Of a DNA stretch of 64,000 bases, positions 52,690-64,000 are shown one piece after another. The notes under the pieces were generated by a model. It searched no databases. It saw nothing but the letters and a program-made list of their open reading frames with translations, and was not told the DNA's origin. This DNA is from Epiperipatus broadwayi. Taxonomy: Eukaryota > Animalia > Onychophora. A program made the translations under genes and the position numbers. The stretch's first letter is position 1, and every line of letters starts with the position of its first letter. Where the stretch lies: NCBI GenBank assembly GCA_028023455.1, contig JAQFVV010000005.1, forward strand, positions 22,072,001 to 22,136,000, read 5' to 3'.

Positions 52690-54716
52690 ATCGCAGTATA
52701 TAAAGAATAAATGTGATAAATTAAATTTCATACTGAAAAGGAAATATGACAAAAAGTTGGCTTGTTCTTGGCAATGAAGCAAAATATCCAAATAGTAGAA
52801 AAGAAGGCCAATATGTTTGTTAATCTCACAGACAAAATACCAAATGAAGAAATCATAGATGTACTAAACAAAGGCCCTAGATTTGTGGGTAGCAATTGGA
52901 GATTTCCAAAAATTGAACTGATAGCAGACATTGAAGCTGGTTTAGATAACAATCCAAATAAAGATAACTATGTAACGCAGATTGCCAAGGCCATACATCA
53001 GAATACACTCAAGATTGATACAAATAACTGGGACATAAAATTAGCTCACACTAAGCAATTTTTACATTGAACAAATAGTCTGCATGAAGGAAGATAAGGG
53101 CCAGAGATTCGTTCTTATGAATAGAGAAAATTTTAACTTAAAGGTTAGCCAGCAAATTGAAAAACTGCAATTCAAAAGAATAGCTAGTTTCAATAATAAT
53201 TTGAACAAAGACAAATTTATTGCCTCAATTCTCAAGACACATTGTAACAAAGCCATATCAAAAGCTGAGTATTATAAACTATATCCTTCTGCCACTATAC
53301 AAACGCGGATTTTTGCAAATGCAAAAATGCACAAACCCAATGTGCCTTTATGTCTAATGCTTGATTTTGGAGGTGTGCATTACTTTAGCACAGCCAAGTT
53401 AATAAATAGTTGGCTGATTGACACTATTGGCTTTGGAAGATATACCATCAGATCTTCTTTTGATTTTGTGGCCAGAATAAAAGACAAAATACTAAAACTG
53501 GAAACTAAAATTGCAGTGCTCGATGTCATTGAATTATATGACTCCATTAATAAAAATAGGTCCATTGACATAATAAAAGAAGAGCTTAAGAACAACAATA
53601 TGGAACAAACAAGGATCGACTTTTATAATTGATTTCTTAAAATGGTTAAATAACAACGTAGTGGCAACATTTAACAACCAATGGTACCAAATGAATGATG
53701 GGTGGCCAATGGGATTACCCATGAGTGGCATCATATCAAGTATTGTACTTAATTATTTTGAAAAAAGTATTATTCCTAAATATGAACAAACACTTCAGTT
53801 AATGATATACACAAGGTATGTGGATGACCTTTTTATTGCTGCTATGGAAGAGATTATAGATAAAATCAAGCTGGGCATACAAGAGTGCATTCATTTGAAG
53901 CTAAATACATAGATGGAAGATTGTGACAAGAAGACAAGATATTTGGATGTGCAAGTGCAAAGGGAAGGTCAACAACTCACTTATAAGATGATTATAAAAC
54001 CAATAGAAAAAAGAGGCCATATACAACCCCTTTCGAACACACCATCTATTCATAAATTTGCAGGTTTAATGTCCTTCTTACATAAGAATGAGCACCTTTG
54101 CAGATTTGAAGCAGACAAAAGGGCAAATTTGATATTATATAGAAACGATTTATTAAATATCGGTTTCAAACAAAATAGCATCGATAGGAAGATTAGACAG
54201 TTTTACAGTAAATTAAATAACAATGTAATTAAGCAGCAGAAAAATAGAATATTGTTGCCATATATTGCAAATGCCAATAGAAAACTTTACTCAGTATTTA
54301 ATAGAGAATTTCAACTATGTTTTCACACACACCCTAATACCAATAGAATTATCAACAATACAAAAGATATAGTAACACCCAACAACATTTCTCAAGCCAT
54401 CTATAATATTTCATGCCCAGAAAATAATTGCATGGCATCATACTATGGAGAAAGGAAAGCAACTCTCTCAACAAGATTGTCCCAGCACAGATATTCTTAC
54501 AACAAGGCCCAAGCAGACCCGACTTGCAACTCAATATGCGCAATGCATCAGAAATCAGCTGGTCATGCATGTGAACCTGACAATCCAAGAATAGTTTGTA
54601 GGGAAAGAAACGATGTTAAGAGAAAGGTTAAGGAGGCATGTTTTATTGCCATGGACGATAAAGCTATGAATAGGAAAGATGCGTGTTATAAAATTTCTAA
54701 GAAATGGATTAATTAG
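52690..54716 (+). pseudogene. PLE-2 RT + GIY-YIG polyprotein, disrupted by frameshifts and stops
   Basis: Pieces 52762-53070 (FVNLTD…VLNKGPRF), 53084-53632 (EDKG, AKMHKPNVPL, LDVIELY), 53661-53912 (GWPMGLPMS, RYVDDLF) and 53913-54716 (YLDV; IYNISC…YYGE…RLSQH…H…H). Only distantly similar to PLE-1. Confidence 0.9.
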
Positions 54717-54795
54717 ATTTATGCAGATAGTTCAATTAATTTACATGTATCTGCATATATTTGCATATAGCAACCTGGTTATGCTTACCCTTTGT

Positions 54796-54840
54796 TGCCC
54801 ATGATTATGAGAGCTAAGTTCTCTTGAAAGCACTCGGGCA
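54796..54840 (+). ncRNA. Hammerhead-like motif with A3/U8 core (3' pLTR of PLE-2)
   Basis: TGCCC-ATGATTA-T-GAGAG(CTAAGTT)CTCTT-GAAA-GCAC-TC-GGGCA; the helix III palindrome is broken by one G>A change. Confidence 0.6.
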
Positions 54841-54949
54841 CTAATTATTATGTATTATAATTTATATTAAGTTTATAATAAATTGTGATTTAATTTGAAG
54901 AAGCTCTGATGTTATGCACTGATTGGTGCAATAAAATTATAAATAATGT

Positions 54950-55400
54950 AATAGCAATGATAATAACAATCAATTAATTTCGTTACTTTGAATTCCTTAG
55001 TGCTCATCATATAGGTTTAAATTGGTCTGCCATTGAAAAAAAAAATGGCCACCTTTGCTTTATTATAGTTTTTCAATATATTATGAAAAAATTCAATAAC
55101 AATAGACCATTTGAATTTATAATACCAATATCATTTATTTCAACAACTTACGCCAAACCCTATACCAACAAATGTATTAAAGTTCCCAAAAGAAAGTTTT
55201 GAACATTTAATAGTATTCCTCTAATAATGTCATCCAGCAAGAAATAAAAATTTTTCTTTATTTGAGTTTGTTGAATCTAATATTGAAACATGTGCACTAA
55301 TAAAATGAATGTAGATACTAATACCATAAGTCTTTTATTGATACAATGAGGAACCTAAAGAATATACTAAATTAAACTTTGCAGCAAATCAAACACCATG
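54950..55400 (-). mobile_element. RTE-type LINE APE endonuclease relic
   Basis: Decayed minus-strand reading gives LDSTNSNKEKF…LLDDIIRG…(LG)NFNTFVG…INSNGLLLLNF, typical of the RTE endonuclease. It is cut by the PLE-2 right end. Confidence 0.55.
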
Positions 55401-58400
55401 CATTCTTCTTTCACCGATTGATCTACCCTTTCAAAAAACTTGTAACTATCTACTTGACAAAGCAAAGCAAAGCTCCATATAGTAGTGCCACCTGTGCTAA
55501 ACAGAGTAATCAATGCTTGCTGGTTTAACTATCTACTTGGTCTATTAAACTCCCTTTTTCTAGATGAGTTTACTAAGTCTAACTATATTGATTTTGCATC
55601 TTGCTCTTGAAGAAATGATATCAAGACATGTTTACACATTCACATACCTATGTTTGGAAATAAATCTTATTTCTATTTCTTTAATTGAATAATCTTCCAA
55701 GCATGATAATAGCCAGATTGTGTGAGATAGATCATTTGTAAATGCTTTCTATATCCCTTACTTTTATATGGTAGACAGGAAATCCCTAAATAGGGGTGGT
55801 TAAACACACAATCTTTAGCAGCTGAAACTTCTGTCCCAATACAGTTCCAAATTGACCCCCTTGCCTTGAGAACAATTACAAATTTCCAGACTATTAAGCC
55901 TGTCTCTATTATTGCTTTTTTTAATTCTCAAGGAGCTAAAAGTAAAGAAAAAAGAGAATCAGAACCAGAAATTTCTGTATAGTTAAAGGGTATAAATGTA
56001 TTTGTATAAACACATTATTCTATTGTTACAATTAACATAGGGAGATGTTTGATGGTATGACAGGCTCATGATAACCAGGTCCTATATTACCTTAAAGGAC
56101 TAAAGAAGAAAAAAAAGGGAGTCAGAAAATCCTGCTAGTATCAGAAATAAGAACTAGCCTTTTTTGAACCAATACTTTATTCTATAAGATAACAGAAGAT
56201 TCTTTTGGCTAAACACTGTTTATTTATTATTTACAGTTAATACTCATTTCTGAAGATCATTTTACTATAAGCCACCTATGAAGTTCATTAGTTATTTTAC
56301 TTCCCATTACATATGAATCACATAAGTAGTCTGAGCATATATATATATATATATATAAAACTATGAAATAAGCTATACAATATTGAAAACACCAGTAGCT
56401 AGTTATAGCATCTAAGTCATCTTCAGTAGCATTTAACAATCAAAATTTAAAAAAACATGTCATCAAAGTCACACAACATTAAAGTTCAATTTGAATAGAT
56501 TTTATTTATTTATTTTATTAAGGAAAAAAACTGCCGAGTATCGGCATTTACAAGATTAGATACATTGGTTTATGTTATCATAGATTTCAACAAAGTTTTA
56601 CAAATATTATTCTTAGAAAAGTCTTTCACTTTGCACTTCTTGTTTCAATTGAGTATCACAATTTTATTTTACAGGACAACTTCTTAGAGGACCCTTAGAC
56701 TAACATTTCATCTGCTTCATTATAGAACATTGTCTGTAGATTAATAACTTCATCCTTTGTGGATTGTCCAAGCTCGTCCACAATTTTACTATCGGGTTGC
56801 ACTGGTTGTTTGTGAGTTTCAATTGCCATATTCTTTAGGTTGACCCTTTTTTGTTTCCATGACATCGTCTGCATGAATTTTCTACTTCCTTCATCATCAC
56901 TGTCTTCCATCTGCATGAATTTTCTACTTCCTTCATCATTTCTTCACCATCACTGTCTTCCATGTTCAACCAATCCTTCATTTCATTCCTATATCTTATT
57001 CTTTGATTCTTTTCAATCTGCTCCTGGGTCATTTTCAGATAATAATCAACTTTGACTCGCCTGCCAGCTCTATCAGGCTTACTTTTAAATTCAATATTGC
57101 TCCATAATTCATCTGAACTTCCCTCCACTTTTTAATTGTTAAATGCTATTCAAAATGGCATCCATAGCATAAACTGGATATATATATATATAGGTATTTT
57201 AAGTATTGTAGAGTCTATTCCAGAGTCTTTTTTTTATAAATAATGCAATATATAGCTATTATTTATGTATTATTTATGTGAAATAATAATAGATGAGTTA
57301 TCACAAAAAATATAATTGAATTTGATTGAATTTAAGGGTGTTAACTTAAATATATTTCTCACTTATAAACTAATTTTTAAAAATGGCTATGGAATTTTAA
57401 CATCTTGGTATTGTGCTCATCATCCAGTTGAAAATGAAAAATTAAATACATGCTGCAAATGAAAATTAATTAATTTAAATTTGAAAAATCAAACTTTACC
57501 ATGATTTATCAAAAACTATAATTATTTCTATTCCTGTAGTATTTCAATGTGATTAGTTTGCATATAATAAAGCACTTGATGCCTGTAGGATGGTCAATTT
57601 TCAGGATAGTCTGGATCAAACTCTTCTAATGAGCTCAATTTAGCCATTTTGATTTTTTTTCTGCCTGTGAGAAGAAAAAAAAATATCTTTGACTTTTTTA
57701 TAGTTAATGAGTGAACCACTAGTATTTGTGATTCTTTAATTTTTATTGATGCATTAATAATGTTAACTGTCAATTTTTGTAATTAATAACACAGACTTAG
57801 GGAGATCCTATTGCGAATGTGTTAAATATGTTGTGCTTATGTGTAATAATAAACACAAAATCACATAAATATGATTGAATATTTATTTAATGTATATATA
57901 CAATATTTAAAATCTATACAAGACTGTTTAAATTTGTTTGATATAAACCAGTAAATATCACATGATAAACGTTTCTTATGCTTGTTCAGTCTGGGGATAT
58001 TGGATGAATAGGCACTAGATAGGGATTTTAGGCACAAACCTTCTGGCATTCATTGATTATTCTGGCTTGCACTAGGTGGCACTACTGTATGGAGAGTTTT
58101 GCCCATTGTTGTTTGTATATACATATATTATAGACAGATTATGTACAATAATATTTGCTACACTGTGTCCCTGATATATTGGCTTGGTATAGCATTTAGT
58201 TGATGTGCAATTATTAATGTAAGGGAGCTCAGGTGCCCTTTTAGGTTTACCTAGCATGTCCAGCTGCTTTGTCCCAGCTTGTCTCATTTCTGATTATGAT
58301 ATAGCAGCATTCAGTTCTAGCATAACCTTGCCTCACTACCCTAGCCATATAGTGGACAACGTGCATACTTCCATTCAGGTCTGATAGTAATTTATTGTCT

Positions 58401-59949
58401 GATTTTGCTTCCAACTGGACTGACTATATATAGCCAGTTGCCCATCTACAATGAAAGCAATCAGATTCACTGCGAATCATTATCTATTGATCTATTTTAG
58501 CTGATGAATATATCTTATCTATTCATATATCTATTTGTCTGTGATGACGAATGCTCAGTCCGATCAAAATAAGATGGAATCTGGACTAGTCCATTAGTTG
58601 AAGGTAAGTTATGATATAATACCAAGCAATAACGCCGTTCGGTTATTTATAATATTTAGCATTAAATAACCTAAAAATATTTAATTTATGTTTTTTTTTT
58701 TTCTATTTGTTTTTTTTTTATAAGTTTATTGACTCCAACGCAAGGTATAGTGCGTTATAAGATGTAGTGTTGTAAATAAGGTTCTTCATTCGAAATTTTT
58801 TTTTTGATAATGTGTATAATGATTAAACAATAAAAACACTTAATTCCTATTTAGGTAGTTCTCGTTGCTTCCTATTCAACTTTTTTATAAATATTAAGCG
58901 ATACCGTTTAGCTGTTACAAAAAACTTTTCAAGTCAGGGTGCGTTTTCGATTATGCAATCCGAAAACATTGGTTCATTGTCAATAATAACCTGCCATTGA
59001 CTTTCCGGCATGATCCTTGTAAACAATTACTTAAGCAATTATTTTTTCAAAATCCTTCCAACCGTAATGATTCTGATAAATTAATAAATTTTAATAAATA
59101 GCGAACATTATTTTTAAAATGAAGTAATTTAAAATTGCCAACACAGATCAATATTTTAAAAAGATTACTTTAGGCTGAAATATTTTAGAAACTCGATTTT
59201 ATTATTCAGTATTCATAGAAGTGTTAATATTCTCTTATCACTTTTAATATCTAGAATAACAAAATAAGCTAATAAGTCCGAACTTGAATGTGGTAATTTA
59301 ATCAATGTAAAAATGACGGTAGTGAACCAATTAAAAGATTTTAATTTATTGACAATATGTTGTCTACGTCTGCCTTCAGATAGTTTATAAAATATTTATG
59401 ATGTCTCGATAATGAATTCAATGAATGATCAATTAACCCCGATTTTCTCTAAGTTCTCATTCGATGACATAATTAAAATTATCTAAATATATATAAATAG
59501 CAACATTATATGATTGTCTCATATACTTATTTATATGCCTCTGATAGTGATGTGATGAGATGTGATGCACTGTGACTTCTTATACGAAGTCAGGAATCTC
59601 TCACCCACTATGCCCAGAGAAACCTGTTAGCCACTTTAACTTCCCTTTCCATTCCCCACCCTAAGTTTTCTCATAATCTGCTCTATCCCATTCCCACAAC
59701 ATAATCTTTATCAACTCCATGGCCTTCACATCTAAATCCCCACTCAAGCGCCATCTATTGTAAGTTTGAATAATCACTGAACACCAACTGGTATAGTGCC
59801 ACAATATCTCCAGATCAGTTTCTGGTTTTTGTTGTTATGAGTGAGGAATAGAGTTTAAAACTGGAACTAGTGCATTTATTTATGTAGCAGCCACCTTTAT
59901 TATTTATATTATTCAAACTAATAGTAATATATAGGGTATATGAGCACAA

Positions 59950-60235
59950 ACTTTCACATGACCCACCACTCTCCACACTATCTCATAACACTGATACACT
60001 TGAACACATATATGTTGAAAAGATAAATAATCACCAATATCCATATTTCATGCTAAACCAGCAATCATCAGTTGGTCCAGATTACCATCTCTACACATAC
60101 ATGCTATAAGTGCTCAGATATATATTAAGATAGCCAATCCTTCAATGGGCAGGCTTCATTCTACTCCACACTCCAACTGTTCAACCGTCCATCCAATTGA
60201 AAATCTGATGTTGGAATGCTCAAAGGCCACCCTAA
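59950..60235 (+). repeat. R1 unit (partial)
   Basis: ctttcacatgacc…gttgaaaagataaataatcaccaat…atcatcagttggtccagattacc…ttgaaaatctgatgttggaatgctcaaag. Confidence 0.75.
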
Positions 60236-60699
60236 GGCCAAGATTCTTAAGGTTTTGAAACAAAACCAATGGCTTAACAAATTTTGGATTTCAAGCAACC
60301 ATAAGAAAAGCTGGATTTAAAAGTGTTTTTAGTAGAGTGGATCATATCCAAGTACTGGGAGAAGTTATAGAAAGGACCAATGAAATATGAGTTGCCATTA
60401 TGCTTTGGATTTATAGTCTATGAAAAGACATTTGATTCTATAAAAATTTGGTATCACATTTCATATATTTTATCAGTCTGCTAATAATTTTTTAATCTTG
60501 CAATCTCATACAATAATGTGTACACCAGAAATCCTGACAAACTTAAGTGATAAATTTGTGAAAAACAATCCTGTGTACACATTATTTCACAACATTTTCA
60601 TCAGCAGACTGATACTTAATGTGAAAACTCACAGCAGCTCTAATCCATAAATCTGAAAAAATACATTTTTAACAATACAGAAAGTATAAATTTGTAAAA

Positions 60700-61550
60700 A
60701 AATAAATTTTGCTTATGTAGTATTTTTTGTTAATTTTGATTTAGCTTTCATTTTGTATTTAACATATATAATATTTTTTAATTTTAAGTAAAATTTGTGA
60801 ATAGCTGGTGTGTTTGTGATGGCAAAATGCTATAGCCTTCTCTAATTGTGGTGATGTGGGTGGAGTGTGTGTGTTTGTGATAGCACAATGTGCCATATTA
60901 AAAACTCACAACTATCTGTTTTCATGAAAACTTGTGATGATGGTATTTTAATTGTATTTATTATATATTGGACTATTTCCATTATCTGTATTGAATATTG
61001 AATGTAACTTTATTTAAATTTTCCAAGTACATTCAACTTTGCCCTTGGAAAAAAGTGGAGAAATCAAAAAGAACCTCATAGATAAGAATATAAAATTTCT
61101 ATTAACTGTTGCCTTTGGTAGGATGGCTCAGATGGTTAGAGTGTTATCTTAAAATTCAACATTCAAGAATCTAAGGGTCTAGGTTTGATTGCCACATTAG
61201 TACTGTCACTGGACATCTGAAGAAGAGAGTATAATAATACCTCTAGAAATGCGATATACTAACGTGTGTGCTAATAAAATATTTTTATTATTTTTGTGTA
61301 CAAATTTATATTTTTCATATTGCTAAAAATTGACAGGCAGTTGTGAGTTTTTAATATGGCACTTTGTACCATCACAGACATTCTCCTCTCCCCCACTGGA
61401 GAAAAGTATGGTATTCTGCCATTGCAAACACAGGCACCAATTTACCAAATTTTATCTAAAATTAAAAAATACTATGTATAGTAACTCTGGAAGGAAATTA
61501 CAAAACAGATACTAAAGCAAAATTAACAACAAAAATAAATGTACTAAACT
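60700..61550. repeat. Diverged inverted repeat (arms ~60700-60917 and ~61325-61550) surrounding the PLE derivative
   Basis: gtgccatattaaaaactcacaact (60890-60913) is the reverse complement of agttgtgagtttttaatatggcac (~61339-61362), with further degenerate pairing outward. Confidence 0.6.
60918..61275 (+). mobile_element. Older fold-back derivative of the PLE-1 pLTR
   Basis: Short inverted arm 60918-61037, then GIY-YIG tail, decayed tRNA-like module (TGGCTCAGATGG…GGTTTGATT) and CTGAAGAAGAG…CTCTAGAAA. Confidence 0.75.
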
Positions 61551-62369
61551 GTCCAGAAAGCGCTTGGAGGTAACTTTTGGATAATATTACTTATGTTTAA
61601 TAGCTTCATTATCTGTGCACAGAGCACATATATATATATATTAATTGATTTCAAAGGCTAATGAAGTAAAACCTTAACTATTACAAAATGGACAGTAAAG
61701 CAAAGAAAAAGGAAAAAATATATAATGTCTAGTAACTATGGCAAAAAATTACAAAATGGACAGATAAAAAAACAACAACTTATGTCTGGCTCAGGCTGTA
61801 GCAAAATGGAGAGTTAAAGTGCCTCACAGGATATTTATCAAGAAATGTGTTTAACTACATTTATTCTGTTAAAAAAAAAAAATTAGTAAACTTATATCAA
61901 AATGGGGGAAAAGAAATTAACAAACTTTTATCAAAATGGAATCACTGTGATGGACTCTTTTTTTTTTATATCGGCCAGCATGCAAAGGAAAGCGTCATTT
62001 ATGGTTGACACAAAATGTTCGTATCTGGTAGATTGTAGTTCCTCAGTTTTATAAGCTTTCCAGAAATCTGAATAAATTGTTGAGCACTCTTACACATTTT
62101 GTTTGTTCACTTCTATCAGAGCTGCCACTGTTCTATTTTCATTTGCCATGATGGAACAGTCATCGGTCCCCCTGCCCATGGCTACCTGTTTTTATTTAGT
62201 ATAATATTTTTTTTATTATATTTATATACAAATTTATCACTTAAGTTTGTCAGGTTAACATTATTTGACAAAATCACAAGGTTTATTTGATGGGGTCACA
62301 AGGTTAGAAATTTATCACCAGAGTGAGATGGAAGTGAAAAGACAAAGCAACTCTAATATCCTAAGTACC

Positions 62370-63395
62370 AATAATTTCTTCAGTGATTAAAGCATTTGAT
62401 CATCAAGGTGTAGACCCAGGATATTGTCATATTCTGAAGAATATTTATAAAAATGTAACAGCAACAATTAGATTATATAATGATACTAGGAAGATTAACA
62501 TTGAGAAGGGTGTAAGACAGGATGACTTCATAACTTCAAAACTTTTTATAGCAGTTTTGCAAGAAATATTAAAATGGGAAGCTAAAGGAAAGTAAATAGA
62601 GATTACTTAAGTAATTTAGATTTGGAAGATGACGTAGTTGTTTTTATAATAATGCTTTAGAGCTTCAGGAAGTGTTGTAGGAGTTATCAGATGAAAGTAA
62701 GAAAGTAGGATTAAAGATAAACATTAAAAAGTCTAAATTAATGTTCAATGGATTTTCTCAAAAGTTCAAACTAAAGATTGATAATGATGAGTTAAAAGAA
62801 GTTAATGACTACAAATACTTTAGTCAGACTATTACTACAAATGGAAACATAATGGGTGAAATTAATCATAGAATTAAACTTGTTTTGAGACTTTTGGTAG
62901 AAATAACTTAATATTAAAAGGAAATATGCCTATGTGTTTAAAAAGGAAGATTTTTAATAAATGTGTTTTACCAGTTCTTACTTATGGAACTGAGACTTGG
63001 AGACTTAACAAAAAAGCAATATAGAGACTTCAGACCACCCAAAGAAGTATGGAGAGATGCATGTTAGTAGTAACAAGAAGAGATTGAAAATGAAATATAT
63101 GGGTAAGAGAACAAACAAGTCTTACTGACATTATTGAAAGAATTAAGAGATGGAAGTTGAGTTGGGCTGAACATATTGTTAGAAGAGATGATAATAGATG
63201 AAGAGTTGAAATCTTAAACGGGATTCCACAAGATTGTAAAAGACCCAGAAAGAGATCACATGTGAGATGGATGGATGAAATATAAATTTGGTAGTGATGT
63301 GGACAAGAGAGGCTAGAGATTGAAGAAGATGGATTGAACTTGTAGAGACATTCATTTTGCAGTGGATTAATAATGGTTGACAATAATGATGATAG
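62370..63395 (+). mobile_element. 5'-truncated RTE-type LINE (RT 3' half to 3' tail), frameshifted
   Basis: IKAFDHQGVDPGYCHILKNIY…EKGVRQDD…KLF, YLSNLRF(G/A)DDVV, GLKINIKKSK, VLPVLTYGTETW, WSWAEHIVRRDDNR, ending in a taataatggttgacaataatgatgat tail. Confidence 0.85.
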
Positions 63396-64000
63396 ATATG
63401 AAACCAAAATCAGATTCTACATTACATATTTTAGACATCTCAGTTTTATCCCAACTGAAGTGTATATTTGAAAATGCCAATTTGCAGCTGCATGAAGCAC
63501 AGACATGATCTATGATATTATAACCCAATTTCTAGTTTTAAAAAATTAAATTGATCTCCTACTGTATTTATATGTCAAATGAAATTATTATTGTTAAATG
63601 GACCAGAAGTTTGAACATCTGAAATATTTTAGAATGATCAGCCAAATGTTAAATAAATATTTAAAACACCTTTATTTAACTTCATATGATGAAATAACTC
63701 ACATATAAACTAATGAATTTATATTGATTTTGGTTACAGCTATGATGTTATGCACTTGTAGGATTCAGATAATTTATTTCTCATTTATAACCTCATGTAG
63801 AATGAAAGGGGGAGAATATCTCATTGCTAGCTAGAATAAATATATTTAATAAACAATATCAACGCTACATACTATTTTGACCAAACAAAAAAAACCCAAT
63901 CTATGCCATAGTTAAAAGTAAATAGTGTCTATAATAACAACAAACAGCATAAATAATTTGCATGTGAGTTCATACTCTGATGTCACGTGATTGGCTTTCA

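Larger units (their letters stand above)
52024..54941 (+). mobile_element. PLE-2: 5'-truncated Penelope-like element with ~650-bp terminal inverted arms
   Basis: 52024-52675 is the reverse complement of 54288-54941 (GIY-YIG + 3' region). No TSD found. Confidence 0.9.

Noticed and set aside
60575-60610. Minus-strand CTGATGA…GAAA
   Set aside because: The intervening sequence forms no stem II and there is no stem I.
62099-62290. Cys-containing ORF as the next dumpy exon
   Set aside because: Cys spacing does not match the expected NDC…C…GxC…CxC…GY/FGG EGF segment, and splice signals are not convincing.

Overview
AT-rich, CpG-depleted eukaryotic genomic DNA, most likely from a large-genome (pan)arthropod. 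The only host coding sequence I can support is one 199-nt exon (23497-23695, +) matching the N-terminal Cys-containing region of Drosophila Dumpy. The remaining ~40 kb downstream appears to be a single transposon-filled intron. The window is dominated by two unrelated Penelope-like retroelements (PLEs). PLE-1 (46131-50217, -) is nearly intact: an 817-codon RT + GIY-YIG frame with one premature stop, 759-bp direct pseudo-LTRs, an inverted 5' arm and a TSD. PLE-2 (52024-54941, +) is 5'-truncated and degenerate, with ~650-bp terminal inverted arms. The PLE-1 pseudo-LTR carries an unusual cassette: stop codon, tRNA-like module with perfect Pol III A/B boxes, minimal hammerhead ribozyme, 42-bp array, then the ATG. 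Three short fold-back derivatives of this cassette lie elsewhere in the window (9.7, 19.7, 60.9 kb). PLE-2 and an orphan locus at 13.4 kb carry hammerhead-like folds in which the normally invariant C3:G8 core pair reads A3:U8. Also present are many RTE-type LINE relics, a tRNA-Gly(TCC)-derived SINE family, a hAT (Buster/SPIN-like) deletion derivative with a perfect 8-bp TSD, a probable gag-only LTR element, a ~460-bp repeat family in tandem-plus-inverted arrays, palindromes and microsatellites. All family assignments come from motif recognition by eye; no database searches were run.
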